Shown: positions 11,911 to 26,600, counted from the first letter of the stretch. The stretch is 64,000 nucleotides of DNA from Azolla caroliniana (GCA_043228905.1 JBHGNT010000147.1:1-64000), one strand, 5' to 3'. The notes: generated from the sequence alone by a model not told the origin. Made by a program: numbers and translations.

Positions 11911-13985
11911 GTACCATCTATACAACTCTCTACAATCCTCGTCATACCACTTGTTCTGTGGCATAGACCCTATTCTACTATGATTGGAGTGTTTTGTGTA
12001 TGGGAAGCTATTGATTGCTGCTGAGTGAAGGATGTGTGCGAGTTATGTAGTGAGGTTCTCTAAAGGCAAGGAAGAATCAAAAGAGGAGAGATGGGCTTGA
12101 ACATGTCGGGAGTAGATGTTAGCGAGCTCATGCGGGAAATGTATTATGGTGTGATGGTTTGGTTGACTAGAGTTGGTGGCATGGGAGGTGTCGCATTTTA
12201 GCTCAAAGTATAGGAAGTTATGGTCTGCACCAATGGGGCATGGGGCCCCCGGAAGGAGTTAACCATGTGGGTAGCTTTAGGGTGTCCTATTAGGTAATCA
12301 ACAATGCTTTCCCCTCCTCCATGTGGGAAACATGTGAGTGCTTTCGAGCCCGGCCACTTGGCTAAGCCATTATATATGATCATCTGGTGTCGGCTTCCAA
12401 GTTCAAGTAGATGATGGCCAAAGCTTGTGGCGTCTGCACCCTGATCCTTTCATGTACGTGTTATGTCTAAGTCTAAGGGGTCAACATTCACCATTTCTAG
12501 GTTTCTATCCATCTGAAATATTGTGCATTGTCGGGATTGGGTTCTCGCATTGAAATCTCCTACAAGGAAGACTTCCCCTTGAGAAGAATATTGGATTATG
12601 TAATCCGATAAAGGTTCATATGGAGAAGGCCCATGCAGTGTTCCATCATCAACTATACTCGCCTCTCCAGCCATATTATACCAGGATCCTTTCGGGGGGA
12701 AGTAACACACGACGATAAATATCTCCTGATCCTTGCTCGTGAGGACTTTCACCCACATAAAAAGGGCTTTTGGGTCTTTCTTTAGTATTTCTATCCTATT
12801 ATATCTCTCTCTCTGAAATGGTATTGCAACCCCTCCAGACCCTCTAGTAGTATGTCGACGTGAGGTTTGTCTAAAGACATATTCCCAACGAAAACCGTCA
12901 ACTCGTGGCAGTCCTTGATTTGGGCTCTAATGTGCTTCTACTAAAAAAAGTATGTCAGTTACCTTCAAAATCTCCTCTAGACGGCCAGGGTGTGTCCAAA
13001 GTGCACTGTTATAGTTCCATAAAGCCATCCTAAGTTTATTGTCTGTCACATGGGCCACACGCCGTCAATTGGTGGTGCGATCATTTATTATCACATGTCC
13101 GTCTTGGTAAAAAGCACGATGCCCCTCTTTACGAGCTTGTATGACTCGCGGCATACAAGTTTTATGATGCTCAATTTGCATCTTGGTCAGGTCTTCATTG
13201 AGGTAGATAGGGTCCCTACGCAATCCTCGAAGAATTGGTCTCTTTTTAAAAAATGCGATTCTAGATTCTGAGTCCTTAAATTAAAGGACCAAAATTCTTT
13301 TCCTAGTGGTATCACGTCCTACCCTCCAAGTTTTAGTGATTGGTAGGGCTTCGTACCCCAACATTTTCCCTAATGTTTGTGCATCTTCGTCAGGAGATGC
13401 CCCTTCCTTGAGCCTAGTAACTTGTATATTTAGGCATCGAGCTTGACACATTTTTTCCTCCTCAAGGGTAGTGTTTACAATATTTTCATCCTTTAGTTCC
13501 TTTTTAATATTACGTTTTACTACATCAACCCACCCAATTTTTGCTAATTCCATATCGCTTTTAACCTCTTCCTTAACCTTTTTGATCTCGTCCTTAATAT
13601 CCTCTAGGGAAGATATTTCACCATCTTCCCTAGATGTCTCAAGGTCCTTAACTTGTTTCTGAAGGTTCGTGTTGTCTACTTTAAGTTTCATTATTTCAGC
13701 AATAAGCACTTCTTTTTCTTCCTTATCTTTTTGTTTTTCAGCTTCAATCTCTTTCGACCATTTTTCTATTTTAACTAAACGGTTAAGGACATCCAAAATA
13801 TTCTTCTTTACTTATAATTTCTTCGTGTGTTTCCTTATGGTTTCGTCTAGAAGTCATGTTGTAAATCAAAAGATAAAAGAAAGAAAAGACAAAGAGGACA
13901 AACAAAGTTAGCCGAGCATCGATGCCTTGCGCGCTAGGTTCGAGTTGAGAAGCACATGTATGCTCTCTCGTTTACTCAGCCGATG
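11911..13985 (-). mobile_element. LINE (non-LTR retrotransposon) 5' part: ORF1 plus APE endonuclease, truncated before RT
   Basis: ORF1 (13796->~13065) has a coiled coil, CLNIQV, WRVGRD..RILVL and IYLNEDLT. ORF2 has LRMALWN, GSGGVAI, VVCYFPP, VFLVGDFNART and SIVDYLI, and ends at KWYDEDC. Confidence 0.85.
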
Positions 13986-13989
13986 ACGT

Positions 13990-14838
13990 TGTCAGAAGTG
14001 TAGGTGATAGCAACGGCCGACGACGACGACAACAACAACGACTACACACGGCAACAGCGGTGGCAACGATGACGGCCAAGAACGGATGACATCAGTGACG
14101 ACGATGGCGGCAGACAACAAACAGTGAAGGCAACGACGACAGTCGGCAGACAACAAACAGTGAAGGTGACGACGACGGTCGACAGACGATGACGGCTGCA
14201 GATGAAGGCGGCGGCAACGACAATGGCAGAAAGAGCCGTGAGAGATTGAGAGTGAGAGAAAGATATAGACTACAAAGAGGAGAGAGAGAGAGAGAGGGAG
14301 GGAGGGAGGGAGGGAGACAACAGACAAGGGGAGAGAGAGAGAGTGAGAGTGAGGGAGAACTACATAGATGAGGAGAGAGAGAGAGACACAGAGAGAGAGA
14401 CACAGAGACAGAGGGAGACCACACAAATGTGTGTGTGTGAGAGAGAGACAGAGGGGGAGACTACACAGAGGAGAGACAGAGACAAAAGGAGAGAACACAA
14501 ACGTGAGCGAGAGAGTGGGACGGAAGGAGGGGGAGAGAGAGAGATGGAGGTAGGGAGGGAGCTTGTACAATGTATACTACATAGTGGATCATCTGTGAGA
14601 GAGAGAGAGAGAGGGAGGTTTGGAAACCGGTTTGGAAACCGGTTTCTAAGCTGCTTATCAAACTGGACTTTGGAAACCGGTTTCTCAGCCGTTTTGCAAA
14701 CTGGTTTAGCCTAAACCGGGGATAAGTTTGGTTCGGTTTGGTTCAGGTTTGAGAACCCCAAAACGGTTTAGGCTTAACCGGTTTGGCTTGGATCAAGCCA
14801 AACCGGCTAAGCCTAAACCGAACCGTTGCCGATCCCTA
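13990..14838 (-). mobile_element. One end of a hAT-like DNA transposon (TIR, AAACCG/CGGTTT subterminal repeats, CT/AG microsatellite leader)
   Basis: Terminus CCGTTGCCGATCCCTA (minus TAGGGATCGGCAACGG) resembles the TIR of the 8-bp-TSD MITE at 20202. Dense AAACCG motifs at 14617-14825. Confidence 0.65.
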
Positions 14839-15149
14839 GCAATGAGATATACTTAACATATCATGTGCATGGGCAAGCAGAGCAACCTTGCACTAACACA
14901 ATAATGGTTCATGATCTTGCATAATCATTTTGTTTTAGTTAGAGTGTAGTATGATAATTGGAATCGAAATGTTGTATGAAGCAACAAGCTATTTTTGCCT
15001 TCATGGAAGTGTGATATATTGGGTATCATATTAAATAATAACAAGAAAACTATGTTGTTTATGGAATTAGACAAGGATAGCAACAAGCATATGGTCCATA
15101 TGTGTATATGCAAAAGCACATAGGTTGTGTAGTTTTGTTATTGCCCTTT

Positions 15150-16101
15150 TTTAGGAAAACTTTCAAACTAATTCTTCAGCCTTTTAAGCAATTGGAATAC
15201 TCCACAAGTTTTGGAAAACTAATTCAAACAATTGCTCATAATTGCCTCACTAAAATCTTCTAAATGATAATAATATGATAGGTAAAGATAGCATATAGTT
15301 AAACCTTTAGTGATCTAGGGTGGAAAAGTACATCAATGATATGATATTTCTTATGTGATCCTTTAGCTTGATCGAAGAAAGTCTATCTTGAAAGGTAAGG
15401 CTAACATAAGAAGTGTCCTATAAGTCTTAATGCAAATATTCCTACTTAGTCATGGGTTTCTTTCAAAAATATGCTTCCTTCATAGTTCCTATGCAGAATT
15501 AGTCATGGGCCACTCTAGAATTGGACAACATGGGATCAATACAACATGATCTGTAAATTGTTGAATCGATATGCTTCTTCATATCACGATGGAGTAATTA
15601 AGGTAGAGGCCTAACATTGGAATGACTTCCAAGGTTCTTTATTTTATGTTGAGGTGTGCCTAAATAATTTCCCTATAAACCAGAGTGAATACACCTTTTC
15701 CTATCACTCACAAGTATGGGATGGTTTGATTGTTCAGACCCAACCTCCTTGCCTCAAGTTCTATATTACAATGCAATTGTTTGGACTTTTGCATCATTTG
15801 ACTTGGTCTACTCTTTTCTTGGGTAATATTCTCCTAATTTAATGATTCACAATAATTTCTTGGTTTGTTTAGGTCCCATCACCTGAGTGAAGAGATGCAT
15901 ACAATTGTCCTTTGTTGGATAGTACTCAAACTTCACCTTCGCATTAGAAATGAGTTGTAATATGAAGTGGCATTGGATCTTTATATCTTGGTACTCCCAT
16001 GGAAGATTATATTTTTTGTGATACTGATACACATTGCTCTCACATCCTATTCTCATACACTTCCCCCCAATCACCATGGTGCGAGAAGCTTTCTTAGCCA
16101 T
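15150..16101 (-). pseudogene. Highly degenerate copia RT/RNase H relic
   Basis: DIKIQCHFILQLIS...VKFEYYPTKDNCMHLFT resembles the copia RNase H C-terminus (KHIEIQYHFIRE...EYCPT.DQ.ADLFTK). Boundaries approximate. Confidence 0.6.
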
Positions 16102-17544
16102 ATTATTTCAAATCCTCCTTTCATTGAGGATAGTCAAACTTTTGATGACTACTTTCCTAGGTAGTATTGGCTATAAAGGGTCTGGCTAACATGGGGGAGA
16201 AGTTGGGATTGAAAAATTGTCCGGAATCTAGTTGGTTCACATTTTCGGAACCACATATTTAACATAAAAAGCTTGTTTCCCTCTTCATTCTTTTCCCACT
16301 TCTATTTGCTTGAGTCAAATGAGCTAATGATTGCATGTGCTTCTACTTCTGCTTCAAACTCAACAATTGCTTTTGCTTCTCTTCTCCTGAGTCCTATGAA
16401 ATATTAACAACTAATTTTGCTTCTCTTTTGTTCACCTAGAGTTTCTTACATATGTCCTTAAGTTGAACTTAGAAATACCATTGATTATCGAATCTAAGAT
16501 TCCAATTGTGTTTTTGCTTCTCTCAATGTGTCCAAATCTATTTCTAATTTAAAGGGTAAGTCATAAAAAAATTTGTGTTAGTAAAAAATATAAATAAAAA
16601 CCCTTGTGCACTTGATTTATAATATGAAGATATAAAATACTCACTTTTTTAGAAGCAATCAACCCTTTGTATTTTCCAATCAGACCTTGCAAATATGTTT
16701 CTTTGTTGTGTGTTTTTGTTTGATCAAAATAAACTTGGACCATTTAGGTAAAGATAAATCCTCATTTAAAGATGGAAAATCGTCCAAAAAATGATTTTAA
16801 GATAATTTCTCATTATTGATCCATGGATGGGTATTTTGGAAATTGCAAATTTTCGTGCCCAGTGCATATGCAAACAATTATGACATATTCAGGGTTCTAC
16901 ATGTTTATTTTCATGCGAAACATACCTCCACAATCCCATAGGGTAAGCATGATAGTTATAACTTATAACTAATTGACATAAAAACAAGGCCCTTATATGC
17001 TTGTTCCACCATCCATTTGCTGATATTAGAAGTTCAATTGCTCATTATATCACACATACCTTAAAGTGTGGAATTAAATGGACTTTGTGGAGTTAAAGTT
17101 AATAATACATACCTTAATCTCACACATTATCTAGTACCCTATGACAGAAAGATGCAACTTTGATGTTTTTCTTCACACAACATGTTGGTAAGTAACACCA
17201 AAAACCTATGAAAGGGACAAACGAGCTCATTGTCAAGGGGGGAATCTTTGGAGAAGACAATCAGCATTGCCGAAATTTTAGTTGGGCTTGGGGTTACGAA
17301 TCAAGAGTGTGTAAGACCAACAGTGAAAAGATGCAACAAAGCCTTCATCTGTTGGGATGTCCCAAAACTAGGACTTAGATTTGAAGGATCCGATCCACAT
17401 AAGTAATGGAAATAGACATGGGTGATATAGAAGTCCCAAAGCCAATCAACAAAGTGGTAGACCTAACATGAGAACAAGACTAATTGATGACGCACGGTCC
17501 ATGTGACAAAAGATCAAATTAGGATGATTTTATGGAATTGTAAT

Positions 17545-18400
17545 GATGCACTTTGGACACACCCTGGACATCTTGAGGAAATTTTAAAAATATCAAATAT
17601 TCTTTTTCCAGTAGTAACACACTAGAGCCCAAATAGAGGACTTCCACGAGTTGAAGGTTTTCACTGGGAATCGATATTTAGACATACCCCACGTTGACAC
17701 ACTACTAGAGGATCTGGAGATGTTGCAATCTTGTTTCAGAGAGAGCTACGTAATAGAATAAAAATACTAAGAACGGACCCAAAAGCCCATTTTATGTGGG
17801 TGAAAGTCCTCACTACCAAGGACTAGGAAATATTTATTTCCATTTATTACTTTCCCCCAAGAGGATCCCATTATAATATGGTTGGAGAAGCGAGATTAGC
17901 TGCTCAAGGACAGCCACATAAGCCTTCCCCCATACGAACCTTTATCGGATGACGTAATCCGATACTCTTCTCAAGGCAAAGTCTTCCTTTTAGGAGATTT
18001 CAATGTGAGAACCCAATCCCGATAGTGCACAATATTTAAGATGGATAAAAACCTAGAAATGGTGAGTGTTGATCCCTCAACTATAGGCATCACGCGTAGA
18101 TCAAATGACCAAGGTGCGAACGACACAATATTTGGCCATCATCTACTTGAACTTGGAAGTTGGCACCAGATTATCATAAGTAATGGTTTAGCAAAGTAGT
18201 TGGGCTCAGAAGAGCTCACATGTTTTCTGCATGGAGGAGGTTAAAGCATGATTCTTCCTTGCCTTCAAAGAAATATTACTACACAACTCACACACATCCT
18301 TCCTTCACTCTGCAACAATTAGTATTTTCCCACACACGAAACTCTCCAAGCAAGGTAGAGTAGGGTCTATGTCACAAAGTAATATGAGTGTGGGAGGCAT
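17545..18400 (+). mobile_element. Second, more decayed copy of the same LINE endonuclease region
   Basis: Homologous to the reverse complement of ~11950-13010 (e.g. tttatgtgggtgaaagtcctcac, ggagatttcaatg, ttcttccttgcctt). Confidence 0.85.
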
Positions 18401-20201
18401 CTCAATATTGGAAACTCTACCATATGCTCACGAGTAGCGATTGCACCACTGCTTGGAAGATACTACAAGAACCAAGAACACACACACCCATCGAGGATCC
18501 TAACACTTGGCACACATATACATCGAGACTTCCCCAAGTCCGAAACTAACCACCCATTTGTATGTTTTTATACCTCGACCTACCATGGACACATTTTTCA
18601 CGACCTCTAGGATCATTAAGTTCATAAAGAAATTACAACATAGAAAGTCCATGGATCACACAAGATTGCGAGCTGAACACGTCATATATGCTTGAGAGTG
18701 CCTAACTCGTTTTCCCACTCTAGTCTTCAACCATGCCTCATGAAGGGTTTTCCATCACAGTGGACCATGAACATAGTGGCTAAGTTTATGTTTACTACAA
18801 GCTTGCAAGTTGACTACATTAGATGAAGAATAGTTGCCTAAGTTTATAAATGAAAATTAAGTTTAACGATAATGTCGGCCAATGGAAATGGAGACACTAC
18901 TCATGTTGCACTATAAAGATCTACTCACGAAATTTGAAAATGAGATTAAAAAGAATGCCCAATTAGAGGTTGATCTAAACAATGCTTGAGCAAAGCTATT
19001 TGAAAATGACTACATTTACAACAATGATATACAAAACATTGCAATAATTTTAGAAACTAGAACACCAGTCAAATTTATTTTGTCCAATTTAATGTTTTTC
19101 AAATCTTAGCTATAGAATATAATAGATTCCATGCCCTTACATAGCTAACAAATGCTAAAGTTTTAAGAAAACATGGTCAAACAAAATTTGAGAAATACTA
19201 TTTTAGACATTTTCAAGAAAATATTCTTTGATTCTTAAATAAATATAAAGTTTTAGGCATGTGCTTCAATAAGATGAGGATCCTTAAAACATATGAATGT
19301 GACCATATAATAATTACAAATGAAGATTCTTTGTAACCTATAATTAACAAGAGATATATGACCATAACATAAAGAGATTTTACTTTAAACATAATAAATT
19401 GTTGAAATGATGCAAACAACCCTTAAAATGTTTTAATATCCACATTTTAATGTTACAATAGCTTTGCCCCATGGTTGATCTCATTTCATGTTTCCTTCCA
19501 TGATATTGCAAGGTTTTAGTGTTTGAGGACAAGTGTTCAAAACCTCCAAGAGTGGTATTGTCACAATTTACAAACATGCAAATAATTAGATTTAAAAACA
19601 AGCAAATTTTGACACAACAAAATGTATTATTCTTATTTTTCTTTTTCCTAAATTTGATTTCTAACCACGCAACAAAATCTAATCAGCGTTGCAGTACAAT
19701 TTTTGCACTTGGAGTACAATACTTGGCCTTGTAGAAGATGTTCCTTTTGAGGAAAATAGCGTAAACATCTTTTTTTTTCCTTTATGTAACCTCCCATCAA
19801 TTGTTTAACTGAATGTGAACAATTACTCGATGTACAAAATGAGAGACGCTCGTGACCATTGTCATCTCACATCTTCTTTTTAGACTTTATGCTAAGAGAT
19901 ACCCATCAAAGTTTTAAATTCGTATAAGCTTAACACGTGCATATTGTTTTATGAATGAGGCCTATGACCAACAATTCTACTGAGTAAAGAAAGTACAGTA
20001 CCTCTAATGTTAAAATACAATTATCCTTAAAATGGTTAAATTTAAGACGGTATGATTAAGGTCGAAAGTAAGTTATAGACGCATTATTAAATAGAACGAT
20101 CCCTTCTAACCCGGGGATGAGGTACAAAGTCTCTATGCAATTCATAACACACGTGCATATATATAAATTCTACCTCAGGTGGAAATAACATACGAGACAA
20201 C

Positions 20202-20644
20202 TAACAATCGGCAACGGTTTGGTACCGAACCATGAAACTACGGCTTAATGGCTTAACGGTTTGGTTCGGTTTCAACAGTCAAAAACCGCGGTTTAAATGG
20301 TTTTTTTTTTTTTAATTTAAAAAATTAAAAAATCATTTTTAAACAATCTTTTCATATTTAGACCTTATTCTCATATTTTAGGAACATCTTTAAAACTTTA
20401 AAATTTTAGAATAATGAAATATTAAAAATTTTAAAATTTTAAAATTGACTTAAGTTGAAAACCGAAACCAAACCATGAAACCGCGGTTTTCACGGTTTAA
20501 TGATTTAATGGTTTGAAAAATGTTTAATGGTTCGGTTTAACAGTTTCATGGCTCGGTTCAGGTTTCAAAATATTTTAACGGTTTGGTTCCAAACTAGTTT
20601 GGTTTGGACCCTCTCGAATCGAATCGAACCATTGCTGATTGTTA
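20202..20644. mobile_element. hAT-family MITE (443 bp)
   Basis: TIRs TAACAATCGGCAACGG / CCATTGCTGATTGTTA; perfect 8-bp TSD GAGACAAC (20194-20201, 20645-20652); AACCG-rich subtermini and AT-rich core. Confidence 0.9.
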
Positions 20645-20687
20645 GAGACAACTAGAGTAAGATGGTTTCTACCTTAGGTGGACAACT

Positions 20688-21104
20688 GAATAAATAGGTG
20701 ATGGAACCTTACCAAATGGAATGGTGAAATGGAGATAACTACTTCTTCACGTCATAGAGAATATATTTGTAAGATTCTTTGGCATAGTTGAACGAAAAAT
20801 GTCGTAAGATTTTTCATAGCCCTAAATCAAATGAAAAGTACCTTCTGTAATGCCCTAGCTTTTATACGTGTAGGATATATATTGATCCGTATTGAATCAA
20901 TAGGTGATGGAACCTTACCAAATGGAATGGTGAAATGGAGATACCTACTTCTTCACATCATAGAGAATATATCTATAAGATTCTTTAGCATAGTTGAATG
21001 AGGAATGTCGTAAGATTTTTCACAACCCAAAATCAAATGAAAAAGTAACCTTAATGCTCTAGCTTTTCAATAGGTTTTATACATGTAGGCTATATGTTGA
21101 TCCC
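20688..21104. repeat. Tandem duplication, two copies of ~205 bp
   Basis: aataggtgatggaaccttaccaaatggaatggtgaaatggagata... occurs at ~20693 and ~20899. Confidence 0.85.
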
Positions 21105-21599
21105 TAAGACATCCTCCAACGGATGATTAAAGGAAGCACTAAACATTGCAAAAGCATGTGACATAGTGTCACCTACTAAAAGCTATCATTGTATCCATTC
21201 TAGAACATGATGCTAAACATCGTGGAAAAAACCCCAACATTTAGTGTAGTGGTTTTAAAAACAAATATAAAAAGTTTATGGAAAAAGGGGATTGAAAATC
21301 CTCCTTTTCATTTATGCAAAGGCAAACACTACTCCCTCCCATTGACCAAAAATAGAGTGCTCCACACTCTCTTCCTCTTCATACACCGTGCGCACACACA
21401 CATGTATAAACTTTACATGTAGATAATCGTTTAAACATACATACATGTACACATGCTTATAATTAGTGATTTCCATTACGAGACATTGTTTTTGAGGTCC
21501 CAAAGTGTCCCAAATAAGAATTGAGTGATTTCCATCACAAGACTTTGCTTTTGAGGTCCCAAAGTGTCACAAAAACCTGTGAAGTTTGTCAGAGGTATA

Positions 21600-22200
21600 T
21601 TCAACTATTCGGTATAGAGATGAGCTAAAACCAACATATTTATCATCAATGCATTATAAATGGATGGTTGATCTAGTGACAATGCCACTTGGGGAAGGTC
21701 AAATGCGATATTAGTACTAGCAAGAGAAGAACTTACAAACCAAGTAGAAGGAAGACCACTACGAGATAAAACAACAAGAGTTGTATGTAAATTTCTGTTA
21801 GAAGATGTAATATGTTGTTATGGGTGTGTTGGTAAAATAATTGCAGATAGAGGAGAACTTGATTCTGATGAAGCTGAAGATATAGAGCGTCAACCTGAAG
21901 ATATAGAATTAGCAGCCTAACGATTGAAGGAGGCTCGACTGAAGAATAAAATTCGTTTTGATAAAACTCCCAGAATTTGGCCTAAGAAAATAAAAGAGGG
22001 GATTGGGTACTTCTGTATGATAGCATGTTAGATAATCAACATAACACTGTCTACAAAGTTCGCTGAAAGATGGTTTGGGCCTTAGATAGTAACAAAAGTA
22101 TATGATAACTTTACTTATAAGCTTAGTGAATTGGATGAGACACTAATCCTAAATGTGGTAGCTGGAAAGAGGATAAAAGTATTTAAGAAAAGGTTTTGAG
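21600..22200 (+). pseudogene. Degenerate Ty3/gypsy integrase relic
   Basis: Translates to HYKWMVDLVTMP...LAREELTNQVEGRPL...VCKFLLEDVICCYGCVGKIIADRGEL and later RWFGP. Confidence 0.7.
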
Positions 22201-23697
22201 CTTGAACCTCCTCCAATAAATCAACATGAAGATGAAAGATAATGGCACATGTTGGAGGATGTGCAGGTCTAGATGGGGTGGATGTTGTGAAATATGAAAG
22301 CTTCACGTTAAAAGTCTAGAATAAGATACATACATAACTAAAATAAAATAAATCTTGATAATGTTTTATACATAAAGATAATATTAACAACACACTATAA
22401 TAATATTATACATTATATGTAGAGGCAAATATAAAGAGAGTATATATTATATTACGTGGACAAGAGAGTGTTGGCCGGCAAAGACTGAAAAGCCGGATAA
22501 AGTCCAGAATGGGAAAGGGATAATTAATCTATAATTATTATTATTGTGAGAAGCGAACAGATGGACCCGGGATCGGTATGCCGATCCGGATCCGGACCGG
22601 TTCGTGGCCGGTTGTCGGTTGGCACCGGTTCGTACCCAGAGGCGGTGACCTATAAAAGGACCCGGTTAGATTGTAATCAATTAGCGGTTTATTAATGAAA
22701 GTGTTGTTGTTCTACATCTTATCTTTGAGCTTAGTTAATTACTGTTCTATGCTTAATATAACCTATCTTACGTGTGTATTATGATCATCAACCACGCCGG
22801 TTAGTAACCGGTTAGGAATATGCTTGCATCACGGTCTACACCTACCCAACTTGCACCACCCTTTGGTGAAGTGTCCTAAGGGACACCTTGTTTTAGGGCC
22901 AGTACGGCCCAAGGAGTAACACAATTTTTGGCGAATAGGATTCCTGCTCAAGCGCAGTCAATAGCAGGGGGCATGGATGACTAGACCAACAAACGACCCA
23001 ACAACGGAGCGAGCGAGACGACTCGCCGAAAGACTGCGGAAGCGTGAAGCGTACCAACAAGCGATAGCAGAAATCCGCGCGGATTGATCCTTGTCAAAGG
23101 TGATCCGACGAGTGGCTGCGGAGTCACTCTGTTTGCAGCAAAATTCTCATCCAGACGAAGGAAGCAGTTTAAGTAGTCTGAAGGAAGCGGAATCCATCCT
23201 GCAGGCATTAGCAATGGGAGAAGGAGATTCAAAACCATTTTCGACGTTTGAATCAAATTCAGATGGCGAGTATAACGCACATTCGAATTACCGCACCAGT
23301 CGCGACACCCCGGACGGACCGGAGGACAAGGAATCGGATAATATACCGACACTGGAACCGGTGATAACAGAACTAGAAGCTTCATGAAGGCACGAGGTGG
23401 ATCAACCTCCGACACTGCCATGTGCGCCTCCAAAGGAGGAAGAGGGAAGACCCTCGATACCAAAAAAGGAGGAGGAAAGACCTCCAACACCGCCTCCAAC
23501 AGAAGAGGAGGAGAGACCTCCGTCACCATGAGCTCGAGCTCTGACACCGGACGATGATATGCCGTTCCAATATCCCAAGTACCAGGATGATCCGGACACG
23601 GAAGCCCATGTGTATGCATTTCTACAAACATGGGAAGCTAACCATGTGTCGCAACGCTTAACCGCAATAGAATGTACCATGTGGTCACAGTGCATGT

Positions 23698-26600
23698 TGT
23701 TAGGAAACAGGTTCCTCCGGATGGGAAGTGAGAACCGGATGTGGAGTACCCGGCAACGGAAGACCCGGTGAGAACTGGATGTGGAGTACTCGGCAACGGA
23801 AGACCCGGTGAGAATCTCTCATCAGATGGAAGGGACATATATGTAAATATGTTCCAGAGAGCCCACCGGGGCTATATTTGTAAATAGCCCGAAAGTCATA
23901 TTAGTATAAATATGACCTAGGGCAAGCTTAATGTGGATGTAGAGTTTGTTGTGTTATTGTTGGTGTGGCGATAATTCAGAGCGTAACTGTGTACAGAGAA
24001 GAGAGAGAGAGAGGAAGAGGTTGTTGACTCTGTTGTAACCGCATGGTGGCGAAGCGAGGGAGCAAGAGGTCGTTGCCTCTGTGCCCCATTGTTGTAATCT
24101 TGATATAGTGATATTTTGTAGTCCGAGGGCTGCCGTGGTTTTTCCCAGATTTGGGTTTTCCACGTTAATATCTAGTGCACTCTCTTCCTTATTGTTTCGC
24201 GCGTAGATACATCTCACCACATCCCTATTTTCTGTGCTTAATCCGACATCTCGGTTGTGGCCGAGCATAGCAAGGAAACCGTATTCCTGTCAAACTGGTA
24301 TCAGAGTGAGACGACGCAGAAAAATGGACGATTCGTTGGGAGGCATGTTCAAGCTCACCGGCTCCAACTATTCAGTGTGGAAGTCGAAGATGAGGGACAT
24401 GCTCGTGGTTAAAGATCTTTGGTTTCCGGTTCAGTTCGGGGACAAGAGACCGGACAAAATCGATGCCACGATATGGGAGGTGATGCACATGAAGACAACG
24501 GCGTACATACGGTGATTTATCGACATGAGTCTATAGAACAACTTCAATGAAGAGAGCAAGGCTCATGAGCTCTAGGAGAAGATCGACATTATGTTTCAGA
24601 ACAAAAATGTTGTTAATCAGGTTTCGGTATTCCAGAAGCTAGTAAGACTCTGGTACCAAGATGGCTCCAGCATGACGGAGCACATGAATGCCTTGCAGGG
24701 GCTGATACACCAGGCAACATCATTAGAAGTACCTCTCGCTGATGAGGTACTAGCACTACTTCTGCTCGGTTCCCTCCCAGATAGCTGGGAGGCGTTGGTC
24801 GTCACTTTGGGCAACGCCGGGCTGGAAGGGAAACGGTTATCCCTAGCAAGAGTGAAGTCGAGCTTGCTAGATGAGGAGGCGCATCGGAGAGATAAGGATA
24901 CGAGCTCCGACTCCAAAGCGCTCCTTACCGAATCGGAACGTGGAAGGCAAAGGAACCGTAGTCCCCAGAACTGGGAAAAGTCGGGAACACGGTCAAAGTC
25001 AAGGGGGAGGTCTACTTGCTTCTATTGCGGCAAGCTGGGACACTTCTAGAAGAACTGGGCACTTCCGAAAAGACAAGAAAACCGACGGTACCGATTCGAA
25101 GCGGACATTGGACTGAAACGGTAAAGACCGGAGGGGGCCAGACCGGAAGGGAATGACGGCAATCGTGGCAAGTGAAGAAGAGTTGATGCTCATCACCGAG
25201 GAGAGTGAGCTAAACCTTGCTGGTGACGAGAGAACGTGGGTGGTCGATTCCGGAGCGTTGTTCCACCTTACCCCAGACCGGAAATGCTTCTCATCCTACA
25301 CAACCGGTGATCACGGCTGTGTCCGGATGGGGAATGAAGGTACATGCCGAATTGTCTGCATAGGAGACGTGTGGTTGACAACACCAACCGGATGCAAGCT
25401 GCTGCTGAAGGATGTCCGACACGTTCTGGAGGTTCGACTGAACCTGATATCAGCCAGTCGGCTAGACAATGAAGGCTACACGGGTAGCATCTGGAACGAT
25501 GTTATGAAGTTCAGCAAAGGGAGCCTGATTGTGGCTCGGGCCCGGAAGGTCAACACGTTGTACTTGATGAATGCCCGGTTATGCCCGGAAGAAGTGAACG
25601 TGGCTTCCGACATTGCCGGTGAACTGTGGCACAAGAGGCTGTGTCACATGAGCGAGAAGGGGATGAAGAGGCTTGCAAACGACAACCTCATTCCAGTGAA
25701 GAACGTGCACTTGGAGAAGTGCACTGATTGTTTGGCCAGGAAACAAAACTGGACCTCCTTCCGATTGAGGCCACCGATGAGACGTAATGCACCACTAGAG
25801 CTGGTGCATACTGATGTGTGTCAAGTGGACACGAAGTCACCTGCCGGATCGTAGTGCTTCGTGACGTTCATAGATGACCACAGCCGGAAGCTGTGGGCCA
25901 CACCATTGAAGATGAAGGATCAAGTGCTATCCGTCTTCAAAGAGGTCCACGTGAGAATGGAAAGAGAAACCGGCCGGAAGCTGAAGGCGGTTCGAGTAGA
26001 TAACGAAGGTGAATACCGGGGGCAATTCGAGGAGTATTGTCGCTCGAAGGGAATCCGGTTCGAATTTACCGTGCCGAAGACGCCAGAACTAAACGGGCTG
26101 GACGAGAGGATGAACCAGACCATAATGGAGAGGGTCCGGAGTATGCTGGCGCATGCAAAATTACCCAAGACATTTTGGGCTGAGGCGCTGTCGACATCGA
26201 CGTATGTGATAAACAGATCACCCTCAGTGCCCTTGGATGGAGACACGCCGCAGAAGGTGTGGACCGGTAAGGAAGTGTCCTACCGGCATCTGAAGGTGTT
26301 CGGGTGTCTCGCGTACGTGCATGTTACTAAGGACCGGAGAGGAAAGTTGGATCCAAAGACCCGGCCATGCATATTCCTCAGATACGGCGATGATGAGTTC
26401 GGCTACCGAGTGTGGGATCCGGTTGACAAGAAGGCTTTCCGGAGCCGAGATATTATCTTCATGGAGGACAAGACTCTTGCCGACTGGGAGTCGGAGAAGA
26501 AGATAATGAACTCCGATGAGATTCGGACCCACCCGGCTAAGAGCCGGTTGACACTTGAGGAACCAGCCGGTTACGGTGAGGATACCGAACCGGCAGAAGA

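Noticed and set aside
13992-14714. Long ORFs rich in L/S or R/E
   Set aside because: These are translations of CT/AG microsatellites.
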